Positions 17,546-26,907 of a stretch of 64,000 nucleotides of DNA are shown one piece after another (position 1 is the first letter of the stretch; each line of letters opens with the position of its first letter). A program made the translations under genes and the position numbers. Origin of the DNA: Polyangiales bacterium (lineage in GTDB: Bacteria > Myxococcota_A > Polyangia > Polyangiales > Houyiibacteriaceae); NCBI GenBank assembly GCA_965227405.1, contig OZ245758.1:4203267-4267266 (forward strand), in the 5' to 3' direction. The notes beneath the pieces were generated by a model. That model did no database searches, was not told the origin of the DNA, and was given only the letters and a program-made list of their open reading frames with translations.

Positions 17546-18907
17546 ATGCGCTTACAAAGCCGGCGCGTGGTGTTTGGACGACGGCCCGACGAACTGCGTG
17601 TTGCGCCGGGTTGGATCGATATCGACGAAGACGCGATCGTCGCGGTCGAAGAAGGCACGACAACGGATGTCGACCACGACTTTGGCGATGCGTTGATCGC
17701 TCCGGCGTTCGTGAATGCCCACACGCACGTTTCGTTGGCGTCCTTGCGGGGCGCGATCGGTGGTGCGACCGAAGGCAATGTTGTCGAAGACTTGTTCTAC
17801 GAGTTCGAATCCAAACAAAGCGCCGAGGACGTGCGTGCGTTCGCGCGGATGGGTGCATACGAAAGCCTTCTTAGTGGTGTGGGTCTGGTTTGGGACCACT
17901 ACTTCTTTGGCGATGCGCTTGCGGAAGCGTTCGAGGATGTAGGGTTGGCGGCGGTAGTGGGTCCGACGGTTCAAGACTTGTCCGGACCTGGAACCAAGCA
18001 GTGGGAAGCCCAGCTTGAAACGACCGAACGACTTGCAAGCGCAGGCCGTCGCGGAATCTATGCTGCGCTGGCCCCGCACGCGACCGACACGGTGTCGGAT
18101 GAGTTGTGGCATCGCGTGTGCGACATGGCAGAACGGTTGTCGCTGCCCATTCATGCGCATCTGGCTCAGTCACCAGAGGAGTACCGGCGGGCGCAGGAGC
18201 GCCACGAAACCACTCCGTTTGGGATGTTGGAAAAGCTTGGTGTGATCGAGCGGGGCCAAGGTGTATTCGTGCACTGCCTGTACGTCCACACCGACGAGCT
18301 CTCGCGCTTAGGCACCAACACCTTTGTGGCATGTCCGTATGCGCAACTGCAGTTTGGTTTTCCGGCCCGTGTGGATCACTGGCAACGTGCAGGGATTCGG
18401 TGGACCGTGGCTACCGACTGCTCAGCCAGCAACGACTCGTTCAGTATTCGAAAGGAACTGCGCTTCGTTGCGGGGCAGCGCACACAATCAACGCCCTACG
18501 GGCCCGCTTACGACGCGTTCCTCCAAAAACGAGCGTCGGCCGAAGAGGTGTGGAGTGAGCGGCTAGCGCAGTACCAGTTCTTCGACGAACACGCGACGCA
18601 CGAAGCGCTACTCGATCGGGTGTGGAACATGGCGGGAACTCTGCATCCGGCGGTCAAAGCTGGTGCGTTACATCCGGGCTATCTCGCGAACGTCGCGGTA
18701 TGGGACACCGATCATCCGGCGTTTTGGCCGGCGCAAGCACCACTGAGTACGTTGGCATACGGTGACGTCGATACAGCGCTCCATGCAATGTTCGTCGCCG
18801 GTCGCTGCATCGGTACACCAGGACAGCTGCGGGAGTCGTTGCTTGGTGGCACCTACAAAGAGCATCGTCGGGAAGCATCCGAACGCTTGGCTGCGTTGAT
18901 GCGCTAG
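17546..18907 (+). CDS. metal-dependent amidohydrolase (MTA/SAH-deaminase / chlorohydrolase-like)
   Basis: HxH motif FVNAHTHV, downstream PIHAHL, HCLY and TDC/ASND motifs in the usual order for the amidohydrolase superfamily. ATG 17546. Confidence 0.85.
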   Translation: MRLQSRRVVFGRRPDELRVAPGWIDIDEDAIVAVEEGTTTDVDHDFGDALIAPAFVNAHTHVSLASLRGAIGGATEGNVVEDLFYEFESKQSAEDVRAFARMGAYESLLSGVGLVWDHYFFGDALAEAFEDVGLAAVVGPTVQDLSGPGTKQWEAQLETTERLASAGRRGIYAALAPHATDTVSDELWHRVCDMAERLSLPIHAHLAQSPEEYRRAQERHETTPFGMLEKLGVIERGQGVFVHCLYVHTDELSRLGTNTFVACPYAQLQFGFPARVDHWQRAGIRWTVATDCSASNDSFSIRKELRFVAGQRTQSTPYGPAYDAFLQKRASAEEVWSERLAQYQFFDEHATHEALLDRVWNMAGTLHPAVKAGALHPGYLANVAVWDTDHPAFWPAQAPLSTLAYGDVDTALHAMFVAGRCIGTPGQLRESLLGGTYKEHRREASERLAALMR

Positions 18908-18932
18908 CCACTTTCTCGGTGATTCGAGCCGC

Positions 18933-19562
18933 GTGCGCCATCCTTTGCGCATGTCCGTCACATCGCGGCTCACGATGTCGTCGCTCAACAACGAGGCGAT
19001 GGGAGCATTCATCGATGCGGTGTACGCGATCGCGATCACGATCTTGGCGCTCGAGATTCCCACGCAGGTGGAAAGCAGCACGGAGTTCTTTCGGGTTCTT
19101 GCAGAGTACGCAGTCACGTTTGCGGTTCTGTTTGCGTTTTGGGCGCAGCACCGGCGGCTCAACACCGAGCACGCTGTGTTCACCCGAGGCCTGCTCTGGC
19201 TCAATGCGGTGGTGATGCTTCTCGTGTGCTTGATCCCACGTGCCACCACGATGGTGTTTGAGTACGGCGGCGACGTGACCGTGGTTGACCTGCAGGGAAC
19301 GCTGCTTCACGGCGAAAGTTGGACGCGAGCGGAACTCGTTGACGTCGGCTACGTGCTTGTCGTGTTGGGGGCCGACTTGGGACTCTTGCTGCTGAGCAGA
19401 AAGCTGCGGCGCATCAAGGCGGTCGGGACCGCACTTGTGCTTCTCTGTCTGGGTCTTTCGATCGTGCTGCCGATACCCAACCGCTACGTGACGCTGATCC
19501 TCCCGATCGCGCTCTTCTTCGAGAAGGAAGTGATTCGCTTGGTCGCGCGCGAAAAGACCTAG
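18933..19562 (+). CDS. TMEM175/DUF1211-like membrane protein (putative K+ channel family)
   Basis: AFIDAVYAIAITILALEI resembles the F-S-D-G-V-x-A-I-x-I-T-L-L signature helix. About 6 hydrophobic helices. The exact start is uncertain. Confidence 0.55.
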   Translation: MRHPLRMSVTSRLTMSSLNNEAMGAFIDAVYAIAITILALEIPTQVESSTEFFRVLAEYAVTFAVLFAFWAQHRRLNTEHAVFTRGLLWLNAVVMLLVCLIPRATTMVFEYGGDVTVVDLQGTLLHGESWTRAELVDVGYVLVVLGADLGLLLLSRKLRRIKAVGTALVLLCLGLSIVLPIPNRYVTLILPIALFFEKEVIRLVAREKT

Positions 19563-20116
19563 GCGGAAACGAAACGCGCGAGACCCCACCACGGACGGGG
19601 CATTTCCAGCGCATCACACGTCGCGTCGCTCCAGCGCTGAGTGGCCGGGGCATCGAACACGAGTTGTGGATCGACCTCGGTTTGCATCCACTTTCCTTCG
19701 CGGATCTCAGCGTCGAGTTCGTCGGCCTCCCAGGTCAGGTGACCCAGAATGAGCATGGTCGCCGCCCCTTGAGACAAAACCTGCTCGACCGCACTCGCCG
19801 ACGCAGTCACACCGATCTCGGGGGTAAGCAAGCAGCTGTCCTCAGGCACTTCGATGTCGCGCGCGTCGAAAATCAACCAACCGATATCCGGTCGGGTTTG
19901 GCCACCACGCCAGGTCGGACCTTTGCGATCGATTTCAGGCGGAACCACCACGCCCAAACGCACGAGCGAATCGCCAAGTCGACACGCACTCGGACGATTC
20001 AATACGAAGCCTAGCGAACCTTCGTCGCCGTGCACTGCGACGAGTACAACGGTCTCCTGGTGTTCATCCGCAGCGTGCGGAGAAGCGACCAACAGGAAAC
20101 CGTCTTCGCTACTCAC
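19559..20116 (-). CDS. YqgE/AlgH-family (UPF0301) protein
   Basis: LLVASPHAADEHQETVVLVAVHGDEGSLGFVLNRP matches the family N-terminal signature. GTG 20116 chosen so the gene does not overlap the upstream ThuA gene. Confidence 0.75.
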   Translation of the reverse strand: MSSEDGFLLVASPHAADEHQETVVLVAVHGDEGSLGFVLNRPSACRLGDSLVRLGVVVPPEIDRKGPTWRGGQTRPDIGWLIFDARDIEVPEDSCLLTPEIGVTASASAVEQVLSQGAATMLILGHLTWEADELDAEIREGKWMQTEVDPQLVFDAPATQRWSDATCDALEMPRPWWGLARFVSA

Positions 20117-20178
20117 ACCGTCATGCTGCCATGCAGGATCTCGCTTTGCGACCTTGAATACGCGTGCGAGTTGTGCTC

Positions 20179-21015
20179 TTAGCGCGCGAGCACGTACTCG
20201 ATTGCACCTGCAACATGTCGCACAAACTCTTCTTCCGAGTACGACTCGACGGTATGCCCAAGCGCAGTGTAGAATGTGCGCCCTCCGTCGAAGTCGCGAC
20301 CCCATGCGATGGGATGATCACCTTCCATCTCGCCGCCATCGTAGGTCGACTCGTCGAGTGAGAGCACGACGTTGACGTCGTCGCGTGGGTTGCGTCGGAA
20401 GTTGTAGTGCTCGTCACGTCGCATCCATCGCGCGCTCAAGTGCGCAACGGCCGGGTGCACATCGCTTTCGCGGATGTACTCGGCGTCTTGAATGCGTGGG
20501 TGGTTCGCAAACCAAGCACCCACGAGTTCGCCGTACCAAGCCCAGTCGTATTCGGTGTCGGAGGCCGCGTGAACACCCACCCAACCACCACCGGCGCGGT
20601 ACCAGGCTTCGAATGCTGTTTGGTGTTCGTCGTCGAGCACATCGCCCGAGGTGTTGAGCCACACGGCGACATCGACACCGTCGAGAAGCGAGACGAAGGT
20701 GTCGGGATCTTCGGTTTGAACCGTGCTCCAGCCACGATCGGACGCGATCGATTCAATCATCGCGATACCAGGGTCGATCGAGCTGTGTCGAAAACCCTCG
20801 GTGCGCGTGAAGATCAATAGAGATGCAGGACCAACGTCTGCATCGGGATCGGCTTCGGCGTCCGAGGCATCGGAGTCGGCATCGGGGTCACCACCGTCAC
20901 CAGAGTCGGACTCGATCCGCGCATCAGAAGCGTCCGAGCTTCCGGCATCACGAGGTGCATCGTCGTCTCCGCAACCAAGCAGAGCGACCAGAGCAGCGAC
21001 AACAAGCTTGTCCAC
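20179..21015 (-). CDS. ThuA-domain lipoprotein (class-I glutamine-amidotransferase-like fold)
   Basis: Lipobox VALLGCGDDD. ThuA-like blocks LIFTRTEGFRHSSI, GWVGVHAASDT, HPIAWGRDFDGGRTFYTALGH. Confidence 0.8.
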   Translation of the reverse strand: MDKLVVAALVALLGCGDDDAPRDAGSSDASDARIESDSGDGGDPDADSDASDAEADPDADVGPASLLIFTRTEGFRHSSIDPGIAMIESIASDRGWSTVQTEDPDTFVSLLDGVDVAVWLNTSGDVLDDEHQTAFEAWYRAGGGWVGVHAASDTEYDWAWYGELVGAWFANHPRIQDAEYIRESDVHPAVAHLSARWMRRDEHYNFRRNPRDDVNVVLSLDESTYDGGEMEGDHPIAWGRDFDGGRTFYTALGHTVESYSEEEFVRHVAGAIEYVLAR

Positions 21016-23175
21016 TTACTCAAGGATAATCGAGAACGTGTCCAGCGTGCCCGTGTCGGCGACTGCACTGTCGGACACGCTGAGCGTCCACGTTCCTTGC
21101 GCGTCGGTTCCCGCGAACTCGGCGACGTCCGTGGCGATCGTCAGGTTCTCCATCGAACCGCCTTCGCCGTCATGCAGCGTGACGTCGGTTCCACCGTGCG
21201 AGAGGACAACCGTGAGGTCGCCGCGGTAGGTGTGCGTGATGCTCGCTTCAACGCGGACCCGTGTCGGAACAAACGAGTCTGGAACTTCCACGGTCGCTTC
21301 AATTCCTGTTTCGTCGTTGTCGGGAATGTCGAGCGGTAGACCGGATGCCATGTAGGCGCGTTCGTCGGGCGGCATGGGACCGTCGAAGGTGTCTCGCAAG
21401 AAGGTGCGCAGATCCGCGACTTGCTGGTCGTCGAACGTCGAGTCCCACGCAGGCATGGGCCCGATGCCGAGAAGGATGCGGCGGACCAATGTCTCGTCGT
21501 CGCGCATCGGAACGCGGTCGAAGAGGTTGGGGCCGAAGTCGCCGGTGCCGTCGGCACCGTGGCAGCGTGCGCAGTTGTCCGCGAAGTAGGTGGCTCCCGC
21601 TGCGGCATCACCGGTCAGACCAAGGATGTTCTCGACGCGCATATCGATCGCGCGACCATCGCCGATGTCGGTGCGCTCGACTTCGCTGCGGATAATCTGG
21701 AACAGGTTGTCGACGCGCGAAGCGCTCCACAGGTAGTCGCTCGGGAACACGTCTCGAATCCGAGTGCGGCCGTTCTGCGGGAACACGCTCTCGTTGTCGA
21801 TCACCTCTTCGAGGATGAGCGCCTCCGGGGTGCCGTCCGAGTTGATGTCGGGACCGTGCGTTCCGCCGCCGTGCTGGTGGCAGCCAATGCAGTTGGTGCG
21901 AGCGTTGCCACGTCCTTCTTCGACGTAGCCGTTACTGCACCAGGTCGCGCCCATTTCGTCGGGAAGTGCGCGGATGGCGGCGGCGAGTGAGGGGTACGCA
22001 TCCAGGTTGTCGCCGGGATCCGGATCCTGCTCTTCGTAGTCCATCACGACGCACATCTTGTAGTTGCCCCAGATGTCGCCGCCGATGTCGGTGATGGCCT
22101 GCGGTCGGTCTTCGCCAAAGTCGGTGTCGGGGTCGGGGTGCCACCACAAGGTGATCCACGTCCAGTGACGCAGTTCCTTGGTCATGATGTGGAATCCGAC
22201 CAATCGGAACGTGCTGCCGTTGCGCAGCTTGATGGTGATGATCTCGTCGTCGGCAGGATTCGCGCGGCTGTTGCCGTCTTCGGGCCAGGTACCCGAGGCG
22301 GTGGGCGCGAGAAGCGCTTCGAGGGTGTCGGCGTCGGTGTCGTAAACCGGGATGTCGCGACCAAAGTCGGCGCGTACCCACTGTGCTTTGATCAGCACAG
22401 CGTCGGCCGGCATCTCCTCGTGGTAGCAGAACGAGAAGTTCGCCTCTTCTTCGGGGCTCTCGTCGAAGCCGAGTCCACCGAGGCGCTCCATGCAATCGAG
22501 GATCGCACCGTAGTTCTCGAGGAGGTGACGAATCGTACCGGGGCTGTAGGTGATGCGGACGTTGCCACTTGCACCACCACTAAAGTTGCTTTGCAGCATG
22601 CGTGCGCACTCGTCGGCCGGAGTGCCTTCGGGGCACATGCCGAGACGTTCGACGTACTGAATGAAACGATCGAGGGGCCAGCGGCTGCTGCGGTCGATGG
22701 CGGTGTTGTTGAACTCGATCGCGGCGTCGATCTCTTCGTCGTCGAAGGGTTCGCGACGAAGTCGGGATGCGCGGTCCTCGTTTTCGTAGAGGTGCTGGAA
22801 CATCCGCTTGAAGTCGTCGACGCCGTACCAAGTCTGCCAGCGCGCGACCTCGGGAATGTCTCCATCGAGGGTCAGGTCTTCGGAACCTTCAGCGCGCTCG
22901 GCCAGACCAAGCAGGGGAACAGGGTCGATCGTGCGAGCGACGATCTCCCACGCAACCTGGCGGCGGAACACCATGTCGTTTTGGAGACGATCCTCCACCG
23001 CCGGAAGCGTGTCGTCGGCCTCGTAAGGTTGCGCTGGGCCGATCAGCGCACGTCCGAAGACGTCGGTCTTGCCACCCGTGTTGTCGAACGGGAACTCGCC
23101 CGGGCCGGGTTCATCCGACCCGCCGCCACAGCTGGCGACCAGAGCCGCCAGCATGAGGGTGGCAAGACTTCGCAT
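21016..23175 (-). CDS. lipoprotein with two CXXCH heme-binding motifs (one class-I cytochrome c domain) and a C-terminal proprotein-convertase P-domain
   Basis: Lipobox LVASCGG. CIGCH at 21877-21891. CARCHGADGTG...GPMPAW at 21559-21573 and downstream. The C-terminal ~110 aa (ITHTYRGDLTVVLSHGGTDVTLHD...GTWTLSVSD) match the P-domain pattern. ATG 23175 overlaps the upstream stop (TGATG). Confidence 0.8.
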   Translation of the reverse strand: MRSLATLMLAALVASCGGGSDEPGPGEFPFDNTGGKTDVFGRALIGPAQPYEADDTLPAVEDRLQNDMVFRRQVAWEIVARTIDPVPLLGLAERAEGSEDLTLDGDIPEVARWQTWYGVDDFKRMFQHLYENEDRASRLRREPFDDEEIDAAIEFNNTAIDRSSRWPLDRFIQYVERLGMCPEGTPADECARMLQSNFSGGASGNVRITYSPGTIRHLLENYGAILDCMERLGGLGFDESPEEEANFSFCYHEEMPADAVLIKAQWVRADFGRDIPVYDTDADTLEALLAPTASGTWPEDGNSRANPADDEIITIKLRNGSTFRLVGFHIMTKELRHWTWITLWWHPDPDTDFGEDRPQAITDIGGDIWGNYKMCVVMDYEEQDPDPGDNLDAYPSLAAAIRALPDEMGATWCSNGYVEEGRGNARTNCIGCHQHGGGTHGPDINSDGTPEALILEEVIDNESVFPQNGRTRIRDVFPSDYLWSASRVDNLFQIIRSEVERTDIGDGRAIDMRVENILGLTGDAAAGATYFADNCARCHGADGTGDFGPNLFDRVPMRDDETLVRRILLGIGPMPAWDSTFDDQQVADLRTFLRDTFDGPMPPDERAYMASGLPLDIPDNDETGIEATVEVPDSFVPTRVRVEASITHTYRGDLTVVLSHGGTDVTLHDGEGGSMENLTIATDVAEFAGTDAQGTWTLSVSDSAVADTGTLDTFSIILE

Positions 23176-26100
23176 CACAGACCGTCGCGGAGGCGGATGG
23201 CCAAGTCGCTAGCCACGATGCGACGACGCTCTTCGCCGTCCTGACGAAGCAGGAAGTAGAACCAGCCGTCGTTTCGGAAGTGCGGGAAGAGTGCCAAGTA
23301 GCCCGGCTCCACGTCGGTGACCTGGTGGCGCGAGCCGTCGTTGAGGTCGACGAGCCAGATGTTGGCGGTGCCGTCCTCTTCGTAGGTGTGCGTGATGAAG
23401 AAGCGCTCGTCGTACGAGATGTTGGCCTTCGAACCGGTCATGCAGATGCGGCCGAGCTCTTCGTCAACGTTGATGATGTAGTCGCTGCCGAACTGCGTCG
23501 CCTGCACGCGACGAAGCACGTAGCCGAGCGTTTCGCTGTTCTCACCGCTGAGGCGGCTAATGACCACGCGGTTGCTGGGCGAGAGCACCGAGTCACCCTC
23601 GAAGGGCGAGTCGACGCTGACTTGCTGCAGCTGCTCGTAGGTCGATCCGTTGAAGATCATGGGCGTGAACTTCATGCGGGCGCTTGCACCCCACGTCGCG
23701 CGCGGGTCGCTGGTGCCACCACCGGAGTCGCTGGTGAACTGCGAGTTGATGACGAAGTAGTCACCACCGTCGAGACCACGTGCAACGTGCTGGTACAGCG
23801 CGATGCCGCGGATTCGGGTGCACTCCGGCTCCGTGAAGTCGATGCCGGTGGACGTCTCCAAGATGGACTGCGCGCAGAAACCTGCGCCGCCGCCCTGGAA
23901 GATGAAGCCGCTGTTGTCCGGGAAGAAGCCCGGGTCGTAGCTGGCGTCGATGCCGATGTTCACCATGCGCTGCATGTCGGTGATCGTGGAGCCGAAGCCC
24001 TCAACGCTGCGACCGCCGTTACCGATGAAGCGACCGTCGGCGCTGGTGCGCGTCCAGAAGCTGGTGCGGAAGTCGAGCTCGGTCACGGTGCGAAGCGTGC
24101 CCATGCCCTTGAGTTCTTCGGTGACGTCCGCGTTGGTGGCGAAGCAGTTGACGCCGCTTCCTCCATCACAACCGAACATGCGGATGCCGTTCTCTTCGTT
24201 GACCGCTTCCCAGCCCTCGAACTGCATGTCCGAGATGTGGGTGGCGAGAGCCGGCGTGAGCGAGTCCTCGCAGGTCGTCGGACGAACGGGTTGTTCGATG
24301 ACGTCGTTGAGGTTGGGCAAGCCGTCGCGGAACCACTTCAGCACGATCGCGAACTGGCGCTGGCTGAACTTGGGGTGTCCACCCTTGGGCATGCCGACAC
24401 GCGCGCGGAAGCGCAGGTACTCGATGAGGTAGTCCTCACCGTAGGCGCGGCGGAAGAGGTCCTGGAACAGACCGTACTGCGCACCCGCAACGTAGATACC
24501 GATCTTGGCAGCCTCGAAGACCGAGGTGGGGTCTTCGGGAGCTTCGCGCATGCAGTCGATCATCTCGCGCGCTTCGGACTGCGTGACGGGCATGACTTCT
24601 TCGACGCCCATCGACGTGTAGTCGCGAAGCGAGCGCATGGTGGCTTCGCCGATGCCATCGACATCGGCCAAGATCTCCATCGTCGCGAAGGGGCGTTCCT
24701 GAAGGATGATGCTGAGCGCATCGCTGCGGACACCTGCTGCGGAGATGTCTGCCTCGGGTGCGTCGTTGACGAAGTTGAGCAGGCGCTGCGCCTGACCTTG
24801 CGTGAAGTCCACGCCGTCGAAGCGACCGATCGAGGGGTCTTCCTCGAAGTGGAGCGCGTCGAGACGATCGAGGTTGCACTCGCGGTCGGCGGCGTCCGTC
24901 AGGTCCTTCCAGTGGTCGAAGCCGTTGGTCGAAACCGAGTGGCAGTCGAGGCAGACCTCGCGCTGAACTTCGGTGGCTCCCACGACGCGTGCGCCAAGGA
25001 TGGTTGCCGCTTCACGCGCCAAGTCCATTCCCTCGAGTTCGATCTCGGGAAGACGACCGGCCTCCGAAATGGGCTCGGTCGGGTAGGGGCGCGTGGTGCA
25101 GCGAGCATCGCTCGGGTTGCGTGCGCACTCCTGAATGAAGTCGATGGCGATGCCGAACTGCGACTGCGCCCAGTTCTCCGGGTCCACACCCTCGAGGCCG
25201 TCGGGCATCCAGGCGTAGGTGTCGAAGAGGCGGCCGTGTGCGGTCGCGCCGTTGGCCCAACCGGTGTCGTTCATCGCGTCGCCAGCAGCGTTGGGCTCCA
25301 TGCGGGAGAGCCAGTCACGGGCCCAGATGTCGCCCTGCGCGATGGTGTGGCAGCTGGTGCAGGCGTCGATTTCCGGTGCGTCGAGAATCGGGTGCAAGTC
25401 CCAACCACAACGTGAACCGCTGCAGACACGGTCGGCGGCGACGAGCGAGAAGGGCGCGTCGTTGAAGCCGAGGGGGTAGTCCTCGTCCTGACCGGCGCGC
25501 GGAACAACCGTGTTGCCGTCGTCGTCGAGAGCTCCGTCGATCCACGGTGTGTGGATGATGCCCTGACCCTGCGAGTGACAATCGGTGCACTGAATGCCGA
25601 AGCCAAGACCACCGTGCAGACCCTGCCAGATGTGCTCCCACGTTTGCGGCGACTGATCCGTGCTCTCCACGTCGCCGGGGTGCGGCACGTTGAGACCGTC
25701 CATGCGGCGACCGAGGGCGTTCTGGAAGAACGCGGTCTTACCGGTGTACGGGTTGTTACCGAGCATGGCGATGTCGTAGTACTCGCCTTCCGCTTCCTGC
25801 GACTTACGGCAGAGAAGAACCCAGTGGGTGCCCTGCTCGTTGCTCGCGCTCTGGACGCGGGGACCGTTGCTCATGCCGTCGACAGCGTTGGGCTCGCAGC
25901 TGTCGTAGATGAACTGCTGGTCGTCGCACTCGTTGTAGTAGAAGTAACCGCTGATGGTGCGGCCGCGCGCGGGGTCACGACCCACGGGGCGCTCCACGCT
26001 GCCGTCTTCGTGCGTGATGACGGTCGGGATCGGCGTGCCGTCGAGGCAGTTCGCCGTGGCGTAGTCGCCGTCTTCGAGCTTCTCGAAGAAGGGAATCTCA

Positions 26101-26660
26101 CCCATCTCGGCAACTACGACAGCGGCGTAGGCGCCGACCGAGGAGATCTGCTCGTCCTCGTCACCGTCGAACTTGCCGTCGCTGCCTTCGCTGTCGCGGG
26201 TACGACTGATGTCGACCTCGATCTGCGAGACGACGCCGTTGCCTTCCATGAGGCAGACGTCAACGATCCAACCACCCATGGCGATCTCGTCGAGCATCTC
26301 GGGCGTCGGATCTTGCGTCAGCCAATCGGTGCTGTCGTAGATCGGCTCGAACGCTTCGGCGGGAACCGTCGGACCCTCGAAGGTCGGCAGTTCGGTGCCA
26401 CCGAGCTCGTTGCCGCTGATGTCGGTGATTCCCGAGAACTGCGCGCGGCAGTCCAAAGTTCCGACACCACCACGACGCAGTTGCGCGTGGAGGGTTTCAC
26501 CACCGAGCAAGCCGCGATCGACTTCGACGCGAAGTCGGGACGAGCCCTCGTGGTAGCGGACGCGAATGTCCAGGCCGTCTCCGCCGCCGCCTCCGCCGCA
26601 ACCCACGGCCGGCGCTGCGAGCGCACAGAGAAGAAAGAGTCGAGTCATCACACGGTGCAT
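23175..26660 (-). CDS. large (~1160 aa) lipoprotein with three CXXCH motifs, an HhH-like segment and a PD40-like C-terminus
   Basis: ATG 26660 is preceded by GGAGGG. MHRVMTRLFLLCALAAPAVGCGGGGGG is a lipobox. CTDCH 25575-25589, CTSCH 25347-25361, CLDCH 24939-24953. DVDGIGEATMRSLRDY is helix-hairpin-helix-like. Confidence 0.8.
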   Translation of the reverse strand: MHRVMTRLFLLCALAAPAVGCGGGGGGDGLDIRVRYHEGSSRLRVEVDRGLLGGETLHAQLRRGGVGTLDCRAQFSGITDISGNELGGTELPTFEGPTVPAEAFEPIYDSTDWLTQDPTPEMLDEIAMGGWIVDVCLMEGNGVVSQIEVDISRTRDSEGSDGKFDGDEDEQISSVGAYAAVVVAEMGEIPFFEKLEDGDYATANCLDGTPIPTVITHEDGSVERPVGRDPARGRTISGYFYYNECDDQQFIYDSCEPNAVDGMSNGPRVQSASNEQGTHWVLLCRKSQEAEGEYYDIAMLGNNPYTGKTAFFQNALGRRMDGLNVPHPGDVESTDQSPQTWEHIWQGLHGGLGFGIQCTDCHSQGQGIIHTPWIDGALDDDGNTVVPRAGQDEDYPLGFNDAPFSLVAADRVCSGSRCGWDLHPILDAPEIDACTSCHTIAQGDIWARDWLSRMEPNAAGDAMNDTGWANGATAHGRLFDTYAWMPDGLEGVDPENWAQSQFGIAIDFIQECARNPSDARCTTRPYPTEPISEAGRLPEIELEGMDLAREAATILGARVVGATEVQREVCLDCHSVSTNGFDHWKDLTDAADRECNLDRLDALHFEEDPSIGRFDGVDFTQGQAQRLLNFVNDAPEADISAAGVRSDALSIILQERPFATMEILADVDGIGEATMRSLRDYTSMGVEEVMPVTQSEAREMIDCMREAPEDPTSVFEAAKIGIYVAGAQYGLFQDLFRRAYGEDYLIEYLRFRARVGMPKGGHPKFSQRQFAIVLKWFRDGLPNLNDVIEQPVRPTTCEDSLTPALATHISDMQFEGWEAVNEENGIRMFGCDGGSGVNCFATNADVTEELKGMGTLRTVTELDFRTSFWTRTSADGRFIGNGGRSVEGFGSTITDMQRMVNIGIDASYDPGFFPDNSGFIFQGGGAGFCAQSILETSTGIDFTEPECTRIRGIALYQHVARGLDGGDYFVINSQFTSDSGGGTSDPRATWGASARMKFTPMIFNGSTYEQLQQVSVDSPFEGDSVLSPSNRVVISRLSGENSETLGYVLRRVQATQFGSDYIINVDEELGRICMTGSKANISYDERFFITHTYEEDGTANIWLVDLNDGSRHQVTDVEPGYLALFPHFRNDGWFYFLLRQDGEERRRIVASDLAIRLRDGL

Positions 26661-26907
26661 GGTCCCTCCGGGCACCCTTATACGCACAATGTAGGCCAGT
26701 GTGCGCATCAAGTAATTTCAGATAGTTAGAGTCGAGCAGTCCGCCGAATGGCTTCTACAGCAGCCACCTTAGGGGTTCATCGAACCCCGTCCCTCCAGGT
26801 GAGAGTGCTTGGACGACGGACGCGAAAATCCAGAGTCGCAAAAAAGAAGTCGTAAAAACGCCTGCGCTGAAGAAATCAAGCCAGAGCGTATCGTACCCGA
26901 TCGCGGG

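Noticed and set aside
16413-17696. 427-aa plus-strand ORF, plus the minus-strand ORF at 15889-16428
   Set aside because: Both overlap better-supported lipoprotein genes on the opposite strand or in another frame. Both products are Arg-rich and lack any signal or motif.
23280-25415. 711-aa plus-strand ORF, with a second of 392 aa at 25551-26729
   Set aside because: Both are antisense to the 1160-aa lipoprotein gene. Their translations are Val/Ala/Arg/Asp/Gly-rich low-information sequence typical of shadow frames in GC-rich DNA. The minus-strand frame has an RBS, a lipobox and CXXCH motifs.
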